DNA from: Candidatus Baldrarchaeota archaeon
GTDB taxonomy: Archaea > Asgardarchaeota > Baldrarchaeia > Baldrarchaeales > DXJG01
Length of the DNA stretch: 8,626 nucleotides
Direction of reading: 5' to 3'
NCBI GenBank assembly: GCA_019056805.1
Contig: DXJG01000005.1
Span: 33,709 to 42,334, forward strand
The stretch's first letter is position 1. Each line of letters opens with the position of its first letter. Below are positions 1 to 6,698 of the stretch, one piece after another. The position numbers and the translations under genes were made by a program. Under the pieces are notes generated by a model, which was given only the letters and a program-made list of their open reading frames with translations, was not told the DNA's origin and made no database searches.

Positions 1-1254
1 CTTTCAAAAAGGGATATTACAAAAACAATAAAAAATGCAGCCAAAAAATTCGTTGAATCAAAAAATGAAGTTTTAAAACAGATAAAAAACATAGAAGAAC
101 TTCGTAAAAGAGTTAGAGAAATTAGAAAAAACGCGATCAACAATCTTGAATCTCTCATTAAAGAAGTAAAAGAACATGTAGAGGCAGTTGGAGGAACCTT
201 TTACTTAGCAAAAACAGCAGAAAATGCAAACAAAAGAGTTCTAGAAATTTGTGAAAAACATGAAGCAAAATTGGTTGTAAAATCAAAATCCATGACCACT
301 GAAGAAATATTTCTAAACGAATTCCTAGAAGAACATAATATAGAGGTTGTTGAAACAGATCTGGGCGAATTTATAATTCAACAGTTAAAGGAAAAACCTT
401 CCCACTTTGTAGTGCCTGCTATTCACATCTCAAGAGAAAAAATAGCAAGACTTTTTTCAAAACTTTTAGGAGAAAAGGTACCACCAGAAATCCCAGCAAT
501 AACCTTAGCGGCTCGAAAAATCTTAAGAAGAAAATTCATAACAGCAAATGTTGGAATATCTGGTGCAAACGCCATCGCAGCAGACACCGGAACAATCTTC
601 CTAGTAACAAATGAAGGAAATGGAAGATTCGTAACAAACGCACCTCCAATTCATATATGCATTGCAGGAATAGAAAAAATAAACCCTACCGTTGAAGATT
701 CCTTCACTATTACACGAATACTTCCCCTTTATGCCACAGGGCAAATAATGACAAGCTATGTATCACTAATAACAGGTCCAAGCAGGACAGCAGACATAGA
801 GTTCATCACAACCATAGGAGTCCACGGACCAAAAGAACTACACCTAATATTACTAGACAACGGAAGAACAAATATGCTAAAAGACCCCAACTTCAAAGAA
901 GCCCTCCAATGCATCCGATGCGGCAGCTGTCTCAACGTTTGCCCCGTGTATCAAAGACTTGGAGGAACATATGGCTACAAATACATCGGAGCAATCGGAA
1001 CAATCTTTACAGCATTTATGCACGGAATAGAAAAAGCCGCAGGACCAGCATATGCATGTACTCTCTGCGCAAAATGCACCCAAGCTTGTCCCCTAGAACT
1101 TGATATACCAAAAATGGTAGAAAAACTAAGAAACAAACTACAAAAAACAGGTTACACCACATCACCACATAAAAGAGTTCTTACAAACATTCTCCGAACC
1201 GGAAACCCTTTCGGCGAAGAAAAAGGAATAAGAACATCATGGATGAAAATATAA
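1..1254 (+). CDS. lutB: LutB/LldF-family lactate utilization Fe-S protein (LUD domain + two 4Fe-4S motifs), 5'-truncated by the window
   Basis: Frame 1 is open from base 1 (LSKRDITKTIKNAAKKF...AVGGTFYLAKTAENANKRVLEICEKHEAKLVVKSKSMTTEEI), so the TTG at 271 is internal. LutB-type motifs: VKSKSMTTEEI, VETDLGEFIIQ, PSHFVVPAIH, GISGANAIAADTGTIFLVTNEGNGR, ITGPSRTADIE, GVHGPKELHLILLDNGR. Ferredoxin motifs CIRCGSCLNVCP and CTLCAKCTQACP. Confidence 0.92.
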   Translation, partial: LSKRDITKTIKNAAKKFVESKNEVLKQIKNIEELRKRVREIRKNAINNLESLIKEVKEHVEAVGGTFYLAKTAENANKRVLEICEKHEAKLVVKSKSMTTEEIFLNEFLEEHNIEVVETDLGEFIIQQLKEKPSHFVVPAIHISREKIARLFSKLLGEKVPPEIPAITLAARKILRRKFITANVGISGANAIAADTGTIFLVTNEGNGRFVTNAPPIHICIAGIEKINPTVEDSFTITRILPLYATGQIMTSYVSLITGPSRTADIEFITTIGVHGPKELHLILLDNGRTNMLKDPNFKEALQCIRCGSCLNVCPVYQRLGGTYGYKYIGAIGTIFTAFMHGIEKAAGPAYACTLCAKCTQACPLELDIPKMVEKLRNKLQKTGYTTSPHKRVLTNILRTGNPFGEEKGIRTSWMKI

Positions 1255-1552
1255 GTAAAAGAAATTATTTAAACTCAGTAATAAATATCGGTGGAAGAAC
1301 AACATACGCTATCGATACGTTGTTTCCTAAATATTCCTTTACCAATTGATAGCTTCATCTAAATTTTGTGTGATTAAATAACCTAGTGCCTCAGCTGGTC
1401 GCTTATCAACAGCTTCGGTATTCTAATCGTAAATCGTGATTTAATTAGAGTATATAATATCTCCTTGCACTATCTGAAAGAGATTTTGAAATTTCAGGAT
1501 ATTATTTTTCAACGGGGTTGATCCAGATAATATTGTAAATGAGGTGGAATTC

Positions 1553-2842
1553 TTGCCAAAGGTAGTAGTCCATGACATCACTAAGGATCCTAAAGATACA
1601 ATTTTAGGAATATTCGATGGGTTTGGCGGAATTAATGCATTGCTTTCCGGGAAAGATAGGGTTTTCATTAAGATAAATGCAGTAGACTTCAGAAAGGGAT
1701 GTTACACGTCTCCTGAAATCCTTGACGCGGCAATACGTGCTATCAAAGAAGGTGGGATCAAGAACATCTATGTGATGGAAAACTCGACACAAGGGAACTT
1801 TACACGGCTAGTCTTTCATGTTACTCGAATTGTTGACATCATTAAGAAAAATGGAGCAAAGCCGCTGTACCTTGATGAACAGAAGAGCATAAAGGTAACA
1901 ATGGGAAGAGATGGGTACCAAGTAGATTTTCCGAAGGTGCTTTACGAACACCTTGTAGAAAAAAGAGAGGATTCATTTTACCTGAATCTTCCGAAGTTAA
2001 AAACTCATACGATGACGACAATAACGTTGGGAATAAAGAACCAGTTTGGTTTCTTATATCATGGGGATAGAAGGATGCATCACAACACTTTCGAACTTCA
2101 TAAACTCTTAGCCGATATATATGAGTTTGTGAGACCAGACTTTACAATAATTGATGGCACGGTCGCCGTAGTTAATGGACATTATCCTCTCGAAAAGAGA
2201 ATTGACAAACACCTCGTTCCAATGAATATACTGATAGGTGGAGGTGACACCGTTGCTGTGGATGCAGTTGGCGCAAAGATACTGGGCTACACGCTGAACG
2301 AAGTAAAACATCTGAAGATTATCCATGAAAGAGGTCTCGGATGTGCAGATCTCGAAAAGATCAAAATTATCGGCGATATTTCTAGATTTAAGAAAAAATA
2401 TCCTCATAAGTTCATAGGAACATTACCTGATGACGTGAAAATAGTCCAAGGAAAAGAACACACATGTATTGAGGGATGCATGGGCAATACACTAATGATT
2501 CTAGAAATGCTGCATATCGATTATGGAGCACATGGACCATTTTCGATAATATTTGGCAAAGGAATCAATGTGAAAGAATTAGAAGATCTCCCTACCCCAA
2601 TAATGGTCGTAGGTCCCTGTGCAGTAGATGAAGTTGGAGAACTTCTAAAGAAAAGATACGGAAGAAAAAATATCGTTCTCACAAACTATTGCAACGATCT
2701 TGCAGCCGTCACAAACACCCTTCTGAAATTTTCAGGAATAAAAGCAACAAAAATCGTACCACTAAACCCAATAAAAGTAATATTCCTCCTACTACAAGCA
2801 AAACTCCACGGCTCAAAAGCAAACACTCCATCCATTTTCTAA
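1553..2842 (+). CDS. DUF362 domain-containing protein with Cys-containing C-terminal extension (putative Fe-S protein)
   Basis: DUF362-type motifs: RVFIKINAV, VMENS, NLPKLKTH..TTITLGIKNQFG, FTIIDG, DTVAVDAV..ILG. The C-terminal ~140 aa contain CIEGC, VGPCA and NYCND. The ORF track starts at GTG 1544, but that GTG lies inside the SD GAGGTG (1541-1546); TTG 1553 is 6 nt downstream and is the more likely start. Confidence 0.85.
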   Translation: MPKVVVHDITKDPKDTILGIFDGFGGINALLSGKDRVFIKINAVDFRKGCYTSPEILDAAIRAIKEGGIKNIYVMENSTQGNFTRLVFHVTRIVDIIKKNGAKPLYLDEQKSIKVTMGRDGYQVDFPKVLYEHLVEKREDSFYLNLPKLKTHTMTTITLGIKNQFGFLYHGDRRMHHNTFELHKLLADIYEFVRPDFTIIDGTVAVVNGHYPLEKRIDKHLVPMNILIGGGDTVAVDAVGAKILGYTLNEVKHLKIIHERGLGCADLEKIKIIGDISRFKKKYPHKFIGTLPDDVKIVQGKEHTCIEGCMGNTLMILEMLHIDYGAHGPFSIIFGKGINVKELEDLPTPIMVVGPCAVDEVGELLKKRYGRKNIVLTNYCNDLAAVTNTLLKFSGIKATKIVPLNPIKVIFLLLQAKLHGSKANTPSIF

Positions 2843-2888
2843 AGAACCGTTATCCTTATCCTGTTTATTTTTCGTAGAGGTACTCTCA

Positions 2889-3151
2889 TTGAAAAGACAC
2901 AAAGAGAGAATTCGGAATTACAGAAGACACGCACTTAATATAAGAGTAGAACACGAGAAATTAGGTAGATACTACGACATAATATTTGCAACAAACTCCG
3001 ATGCTGGCTATAAAATCATGCAAAGTCTTAAGAACATGCTTAAAAAATGAAATCAAACATATTGAAACAAATATACAAAATATTAACAGGCAAAACCGCA
3101 TCTCTCGAAAACTACATGGACGTGGGTAACATCATGCTATATAAACCATAA
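2889..3151 (+). pseudogene. Probable C-terminal relic of a three-Cys-motif partner (TcmP-like) gene, split by a frameshift at an A-run
   Basis: 2889-3050 reads (TTG)KRHKERIRNYRRHALNIRVEHEKLGRYYDIIFATNSDAGYKIMQSLKNMLKK*. A -1 shift at AAAAAATGA (3042-3050) continues as MKSNILKQIYKILTGKTASLENYM... to 3151. YYDIIFAT....GYKIM resembles the Y.LIFAT....G..IM motif I recall from TcmP C-termini. Not confirmed by search. Confidence 0.5.
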
Positions 3152-3223
3152 AATAACTAACTTAGTGATGAGGACTATCCAATGGAGTTAACAATAAAAA
3201 ATTACTCCAATAAGTCTAATAAT

Positions 3224-3727
3224 ATGAAAAGAATTGCCATTGGGTCAAAAAATCCTGTGAAAGTAAATGCATGTAAAAATGTTATGGAAAAGTTGTATGG
3301 AGAAGTTGAAATAATTCCAGTAGAAATAGATTCTGGAATTTCTCATACACCTCTTACAGACGAAGAAACGATCAAAGGAGCTAGGAACAGAGCCTATCAA
3401 GCCTTAGAAAAGACAAAAGCTGATATGGGAGTAGGAATGGAAGGTGGAATAACAAAGATCACTGGGAGATATTTCCTAACGGGCTGGTGCGTTGTGATAG
3501 ACAAAGAAGGAAGAGAAGGCATAGGTGGAGGTAGCACTTTAGAACTCCCCTCCTTTATCGTAGAAAAAGTTAAAGAAGGTATCGAATTAGGAAAAGTCAT
3601 GGATTCGATAATCGGAGAAAACAATACAAAACAAAAATACGGCGCAATAGGAATCTTTACCAATATGTTATTAGATAGACAAAAAGCATGGGAAATTATG
3701 CTAATATATGCCATGGGCAAGTTATAA
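3224..3727 (+). CDS. yjjX: Inosine/xanthosine triphosphatase (YjjX-family non-canonical purine NTPase)
   Basis: N-terminus MKRIAIGSKNPVKVNA, then SGISHTPLTDEETIKGARNRA, GVGMEGG, GIELGKVMD, QKYGAIGIFT and DRQKAW, all matching the YjjX pattern. ATG 3224 fits the family N-terminus better than ATG 3182. Confidence 0.92.
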   Translation: MKRIAIGSKNPVKVNACKNVMEKLYGEVEIIPVEIDSGISHTPLTDEETIKGARNRAYQALEKTKADMGVGMEGGITKITGRYFLTGWCVVIDKEGREGIGGGSTLELPSFIVEKVKEGIELGKVMDSIIGENNTKQKYGAIGIFTNMLLDRQKAWEIMLIYAMGKL

Positions 3728-3931
3728 GAAAAAAGATTTATACGAAAATAGATAAAAAATTTCAGGTGCTAGAAATATCTAAGATCCAAAAACATTTGGA
3801 GAATATTTACTTACATCAAATACCTGATCTCTCAAAAAATTACTCTAAAGAACTTTCTTTACTTATTATTAATAGGGTTTGCGTTATTGAATTCTCTTTC
3901 TTCTGATATTTAAGCTCATAAAGGGAGTATT

Positions 3932-4417
3932 TTATTGTAGGATTATTCTTTCTTCTTCTCTTGGCGGTTTTATCTTCTCAAATAACTTCTTACTCATGAT
4001 TTTGGGTATGATACCTCTCCTTAGTATCCCTGAAATTCTAACCATTATATCTTCCTTCTCCCAGTAAGAGAATATATTTAAACTTCCAATGTAAATGATT
4101 TTATCATCTATGAGAACCGCTTTTACATGGGTTTCTCTGCCATAAAGCTCAACTCCTAAATCACTTAGCTTTCTCAGTTTTTCCTCGGCTACACCTTTCT
4201 TAACTACAAGTTTCACCTTTACCTTTCTATCAATAACATCTTTAATATGCTCAATCAACCTAGAGAATCTATGGCTTTTTGGCTCTACATAGGGAGAAAA
4301 TATTATTACCTCCTCTTTCGCTTCCCTAAGATCGTCCTTAAATTGCGAAAAGAAATCATCTGGATCTAATATCTTTACAAACTTCTCTATTATAACTCCC
4401 CTTAACATTTTAACCAC
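3932..4417 (-). CDS. Stand-alone phospholipase D-like (single HKD motif) domain protein, putative nuclease
   Basis: HxK(x4)D motif HVKAVLID followed by IIYIGSLN (GSxN), plus upstream EVIIFSPYV. Start is GTG 4417 or ATG 4408. Confidence 0.85.
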   Translation of the reverse strand: MVKMLRGVIIEKFVKILDPDDFFSQFKDDLREAKEEVIIFSPYVEPKSHRFSRLIEHIKDVIDRKVKVKLVVKKGVAEEKLRKLSDLGVELYGRETHVKAVLIDDKIIYIGSLNIFSYWEKEDIMVRISGILRRGIIPKIMSKKLFEKIKPPREEERIILQ

Positions 4418-4424
4418 GACTTAA

Positions 4425-4445
4425 AAGTATTTTCAACAAATACTT
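4425..4445. promoter_or_regulatory. Inverted repeat overlapping a TATA-like element upstream of the PLD gene (putative operator)
   Basis: AAGTATTT (4425-4432), 5-nt spacer TCAAC, AAATACTT (4438-4445). On the minus strand TTTTAAGTA (4449-4441) lies ~24 nt before GTG 4417. Confidence 0.4.
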
Positions 4446-4560
4446 AAAACTTACTAAACAAGACAGCACTCTCAACCTCTTCCCTAAAAACTGAAGGACA
4501 AAGAAGCCTATCCTTAAACAACTGTAAACACCATCCAATGACATTCTTATCTCTCCACAT
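4444..4560 (-). CDS. Small hypothetical protein (38 aa, 2 Cys), not in ORF track
   Basis: MWRDKNVIGWCLQLFKDRLLCPSVFREEVESAVLFSKF*, preceded by AAGGAGAGGTTAGGTT-ATG (strong SD). It fills the gap between the wHTH and PLD genes on the same strand. Confidence 0.45.
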   Translation of the reverse strand: MWRDKNVIGWCLQLFKDRLLCPSVFREEVESAVLFSKF

Positions 4561-4596
4561 AACCTAACCTCTCCTTATTTTCCGTCTGTTTTTGAA

Positions 4597-4806
4597 TCAC
4601 TTCTTTTTATTTTTTACGAAATAGATCTTTGCAGGCCCTATCTTTCTCGACTCAACATAACCACGATCCTCAAGAGCAGCTAGGTATCCTGACAAAAACA
4701 CTCTATTTACCTTAAATCTTTTAGCCATTTCTTTAATTGTTTTTCCTTCTCCCTCCTTTAAGAGTTTAAGAATTTTGTTTGTAAGTTTTCTTGTCATCTT
4801 GCTCAT
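4597..4806 (-). CDS. Small winged helix-turn-helix DNA-binding protein
   Basis: KILKLLKEGEGKTIKEMAKRFKVNRVFLSGYLAALEDRGYVESRKIGPAKIYFV: helix, HTH, recognition helix (L..LE..GYV) and beta-wing (K.G..KIY). Start is ATG 4806 or 4797; TATA-like TTATATAG at 4824-4817 on the minus strand. Confidence 0.85.
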   Translation of the reverse strand: MSKMTRKLTNKILKLLKEGEGKTIKEMAKRFKVNRVFLSGYLAALEDRGYVESRKIGPAKIYFVKNKKK

Positions 4807-5075
4807 TTACATTAAGCTATATAATTTTAGTTCACACTTAAGTTAATATAAAGGTTACAAAGAATAGAAAGAGTAATCCTCGATCAGCGGATAGAAGAAG
4901 AGAAAAGATCAATAATTAAAACAATTTGGCTTTACTTCTCTTTGAAACAATCACTTACTTTAATAGGTCTTGACAATATAGACCTTTAAGACCCACAATC
5001 TTCGAAGATAATTTCAAGTACTTCCGTCTATTTCTTCATGTTCCAGTTTTAGTGACGGGTATATTGTATTGAATA

Positions 5076-5255
5076 TTATTCTCGTAGTTTTATTTTTTCG
5101 ACACTTATCTTTCCGTTTTTGTTGCATACAGCTACGATTGTATCTCTTCCAAACAAAGCTTCGTCTCTCATAACGAAACATTCACCTGGACCTATCTTTT
5201 GGGAAAGCTCCTTTGTCTTTACCACTCTTCTTTCGTACTTAACCGGACTTTCCAC
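5076..5255 (-). CDS. Small hypothetical protein (59 aa, 2 Cys), not in ORF track
   Basis: (GTG)ESPVKYERRVVKTKELSQKIGPGECFVMRDEALFGRDTIVAVCNKNGKISVEKIKLRE*. It starts 2 nt after the thioredoxin-like stop codon, has SD AAGGAGGG upstream, and has a protein-like composition. Confidence 0.7.
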   Translation of the reverse strand: MESPVKYERRVVKTKELSQKIGPGECFVMRDEALFGRDTIVAVCNKNGKISVEKIKLRE

Positions 5256-5257
5256 AT

Positions 5258-5680
5258 TTATCCCTCCTTAATTAACTTTTTACATTCCTCATTACCAAAG
5301 GTACGAATATGGATACGATTCTCATGATCCTTATCTATATAAAGCCTGCAAATCTCCCCACTTTCAAGTTGAACTACTTCCACTACGCGTTTCTTAATGT
5401 TTGGAGAATCTGCTAGGGCATTAATTATGTCTTCTTTCAACCTAGGGTATACTCCTTTCATTCTGACTTTTCCATTAACGTCTATGGTAGGTATTGCTAT
5501 TACCCCATCTGCCATTACATTATCTAGAAGTGCCTCTAATCTTCCCTCCTCTGTATCTAAATTAACTTCTTTCACTTCCAAGTTCTCTCTAAAGATTTCC
5601 TTTAGGCGTCTTACAATTCTAAGAGCTGGGGGACATGCATTGCATTTTTCGCTGTAAAAAATTTTGATTTTATGTTTCAC
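5258..5680 (-). CDS. Thioredoxin-fold protein (CxxC = CNAC) with C-terminal extension
   Basis: IKIFYSEKCNACP motif, EVNLDTEEGR, IAIPTIDVNGK (cis-Pro strand). ~45-aa C-terminal tail with two more Cys. The GTG start overlaps the upstream TGA (GTGA), with a GGAGGAGAGAGAG purine run before it. Confidence 0.8.
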   Translation of the reverse strand: MKHKIKIFYSEKCNACPPALRIVRRLKEIFRENLEVKEVNLDTEEGRLEALLDNVMADGVIAIPTIDVNGKVRMKGVYPRLKEDIINALADSPNIKKRVVEVVQLESGEICRLYIDKDHENRIHIRTFGNEECKKLIKEG

Positions 5681-5937
5681 CTCTCTCTCCTCCCTCTTTC
5701 AAATATTTTTCTGCCATGATCGGTTAAATAGCATACTTTGATGGTTTTCTCCCCAGAAGCGATATCCTTACACTTTATAATTTCTAAATCTTCGCATAAT
5801 TCGACGTATTTAGTAACAGTGCGACGATCAAGTCCTATTCTTTCAGATATCCTCGTTGGTGTTGCAACTTCCTCCTCTGCCACTACTTTGATAACTTCTC
5901 TAACTATTTTTCTGGGGTCATACCTAGTTACTGGCAT
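5677..5937 (-). CDS. Winged helix-turn-helix regulator with three Cys
   Basis: ATPTRISERIGLDRRTVTKYVELCEDLEII followed by wing KVCYLTDHGRKIF (YxLTxxG typical of wHTH). ATG 5937 has AGGTG 7 nt upstream and is preferred over ATG 5967. Confidence 0.8.
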   Translation of the reverse strand: MPVTRYDPRKIVREVIKVVAEEEVATPTRISERIGLDRRTVTKYVELCEDLEIIKCKDIASGEKTIKVCYLTDHGRKIFERGRRER

Positions 5938-6154
5938 TTTAACCCACCTGTTTCTGTATCTTAACATACATTTTAATATATTTTACGGTTCATAGTTAAG
6001 CCTATTAAGTTACAAAATTTAACACATGTTTAGCGTCATAGCCAGTCTAAGACTATTGACCAACACCACTATAGCCGGATTTTTTCCTTTCATCCCACCT
6101 AATTTCACACCTCTTCCAATTACCATTCATAGAAAAACTATAACTATTAAATAG

Positions 6155-6187
6155 AAGAATAAGAAAAAGAATAATAAGATTAAGAAT
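6155..6187 (+). repeat. Tandem AAGAWW hexamers between a TATA-like box and the RHH start codon
   Basis: AAGAAT AAGAAA AAGAAT aat AAGATT AAGAAT at 6155-6187; TATA-like TATTAAATA at 6145-6153. Confidence 0.45.
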
Positions 6188-6326
6188 GACCAGAATTTTC
6201 CCAATCATATTGGATGATGAGCTAAACAAGAAAATAGAAGAATTGATGCTAAAGCACAATTTTCGAACGAAAAAGGATTGCATAATTGAATTGATAAAAA
6301 GAGGCTTAGAAAGCGAATCAAAATGA
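6186..6326 (+). CDS. Ribbon-helix-helix (CopG-like) DNA-binding protein, 46 aa, not in ORF track
   Basis: MTRIFPIILDDELNKKIEELMLKHNFRTKKDCIIELIKRGLESESK*. The pattern is beta-strand (RIFPIIL), helix A (DDELNKKIEEL) and helix B (TKKDCIIELIKRGL). The stop overlaps the next ATG (ATGA at 6323-6326). Confidence 0.75.
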   Translation: MTRIFPIILDDELNKKIEELMLKHNFRTKKDCIIELIKRGLESESK

Positions 6327-6649
6327 ACAGAAAAATTTTAGAGATAACTTTTCTTTTAATTTTCCTAATTTTTGTTTACTCAGCCAAAGCTGCTGTTGTT
6401 TTAAATGCTAGTGATTATATTGGCTTTAATGTTAGTGGAATTGAAAGAGCAAGAATAACTGATTTGGGTTATTTAGGTATTGGAACTCTAAATCCTTCTT
6501 ATCCTTTGCATGTTGTTGGGAATGGTTATTTTTCTGGTGATTTGTACATTATGGGAAAAGTCGGGATTGTTGTCTTTGATTTAACTAATTTCGCAAAGGC
6601 ATCGCAAGATCTAATCTTTTTTATTTCTCAATCAGTTATCAAAAATTAG
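6323..6649 (+). pseudogene. Secreted protein N-terminus with a G.LGIGT.NP...LHV.G repeat unit, apparently truncated
   Basis: Signal peptide MNRKILEITFLLIFLIFVYSAKA/A, then IERARITDLGYLGIGTLNPSYPLHVVGNGYFSGDLYIMGKVGI. A second repeat starts (GKVGI) and breaks off at ~6569 into unrelated sequence. Codons are strongly T-ending. Confidence 0.55.
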
Positions 6650-6698
6650 ATAATGTAGAACAATAGAGAATAGCTTTAATTCTACTAAACCTTTTCCG

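Noticed and set aside
271-273. TTG start of the LutB ORF given in the track
   Set aside because: The frame is open and protein-like back to base 1; the true start is upstream of the window.
1200-1400. LutB ending GNPFG...RTSW as a possibly broken fusion to a CCG/HdrD-type domain
   Set aside because: No frame after 1254 gives a CCG-like sequence (e.g. F.GC), so there is no evidence of a lost fusion.
877-2877. Short ORFs 877-1083(-), 909-1103(+), 1441-1668(-), 1604-1792(-), 2108-2407(-), 2689-2877(+)
   Set aside because: They overlap well-supported genes in other frames or antisense and show no recognisable motifs; shadow ORFs.
3397-3906. ORFs 3397-3720(-) and 3688-3906(+)
   Set aside because: The first is antisense to yjjX. 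The second overlaps yjjX, lacks an SD and has no motif.
4965-4985. Inverted repeat AGGTCT-N9-AGACCT
   Set aside because: Only 6 bp per arm and not tied to a clear promoter; compatible with chance.
6019-6093. Tiny minus-strand ORF MKGKNPAIVVLVNSLRLAMTLNMC, loosely like a TM2-type KNP.IA.VL...GLG motif
   Set aside because: Only 24 codons, poor SD spacing, and the match needs several assumed mutations.
5397-6283. ORFs 5397-5657(+), 5738-5995(+), 6053-6283(-)
   Set aside because: Antisense shadows of the Trx, wHTH and RHH genes. The hydrophobic run in 6053-6283 is just the reverse complement of the AAGAWW repeats.
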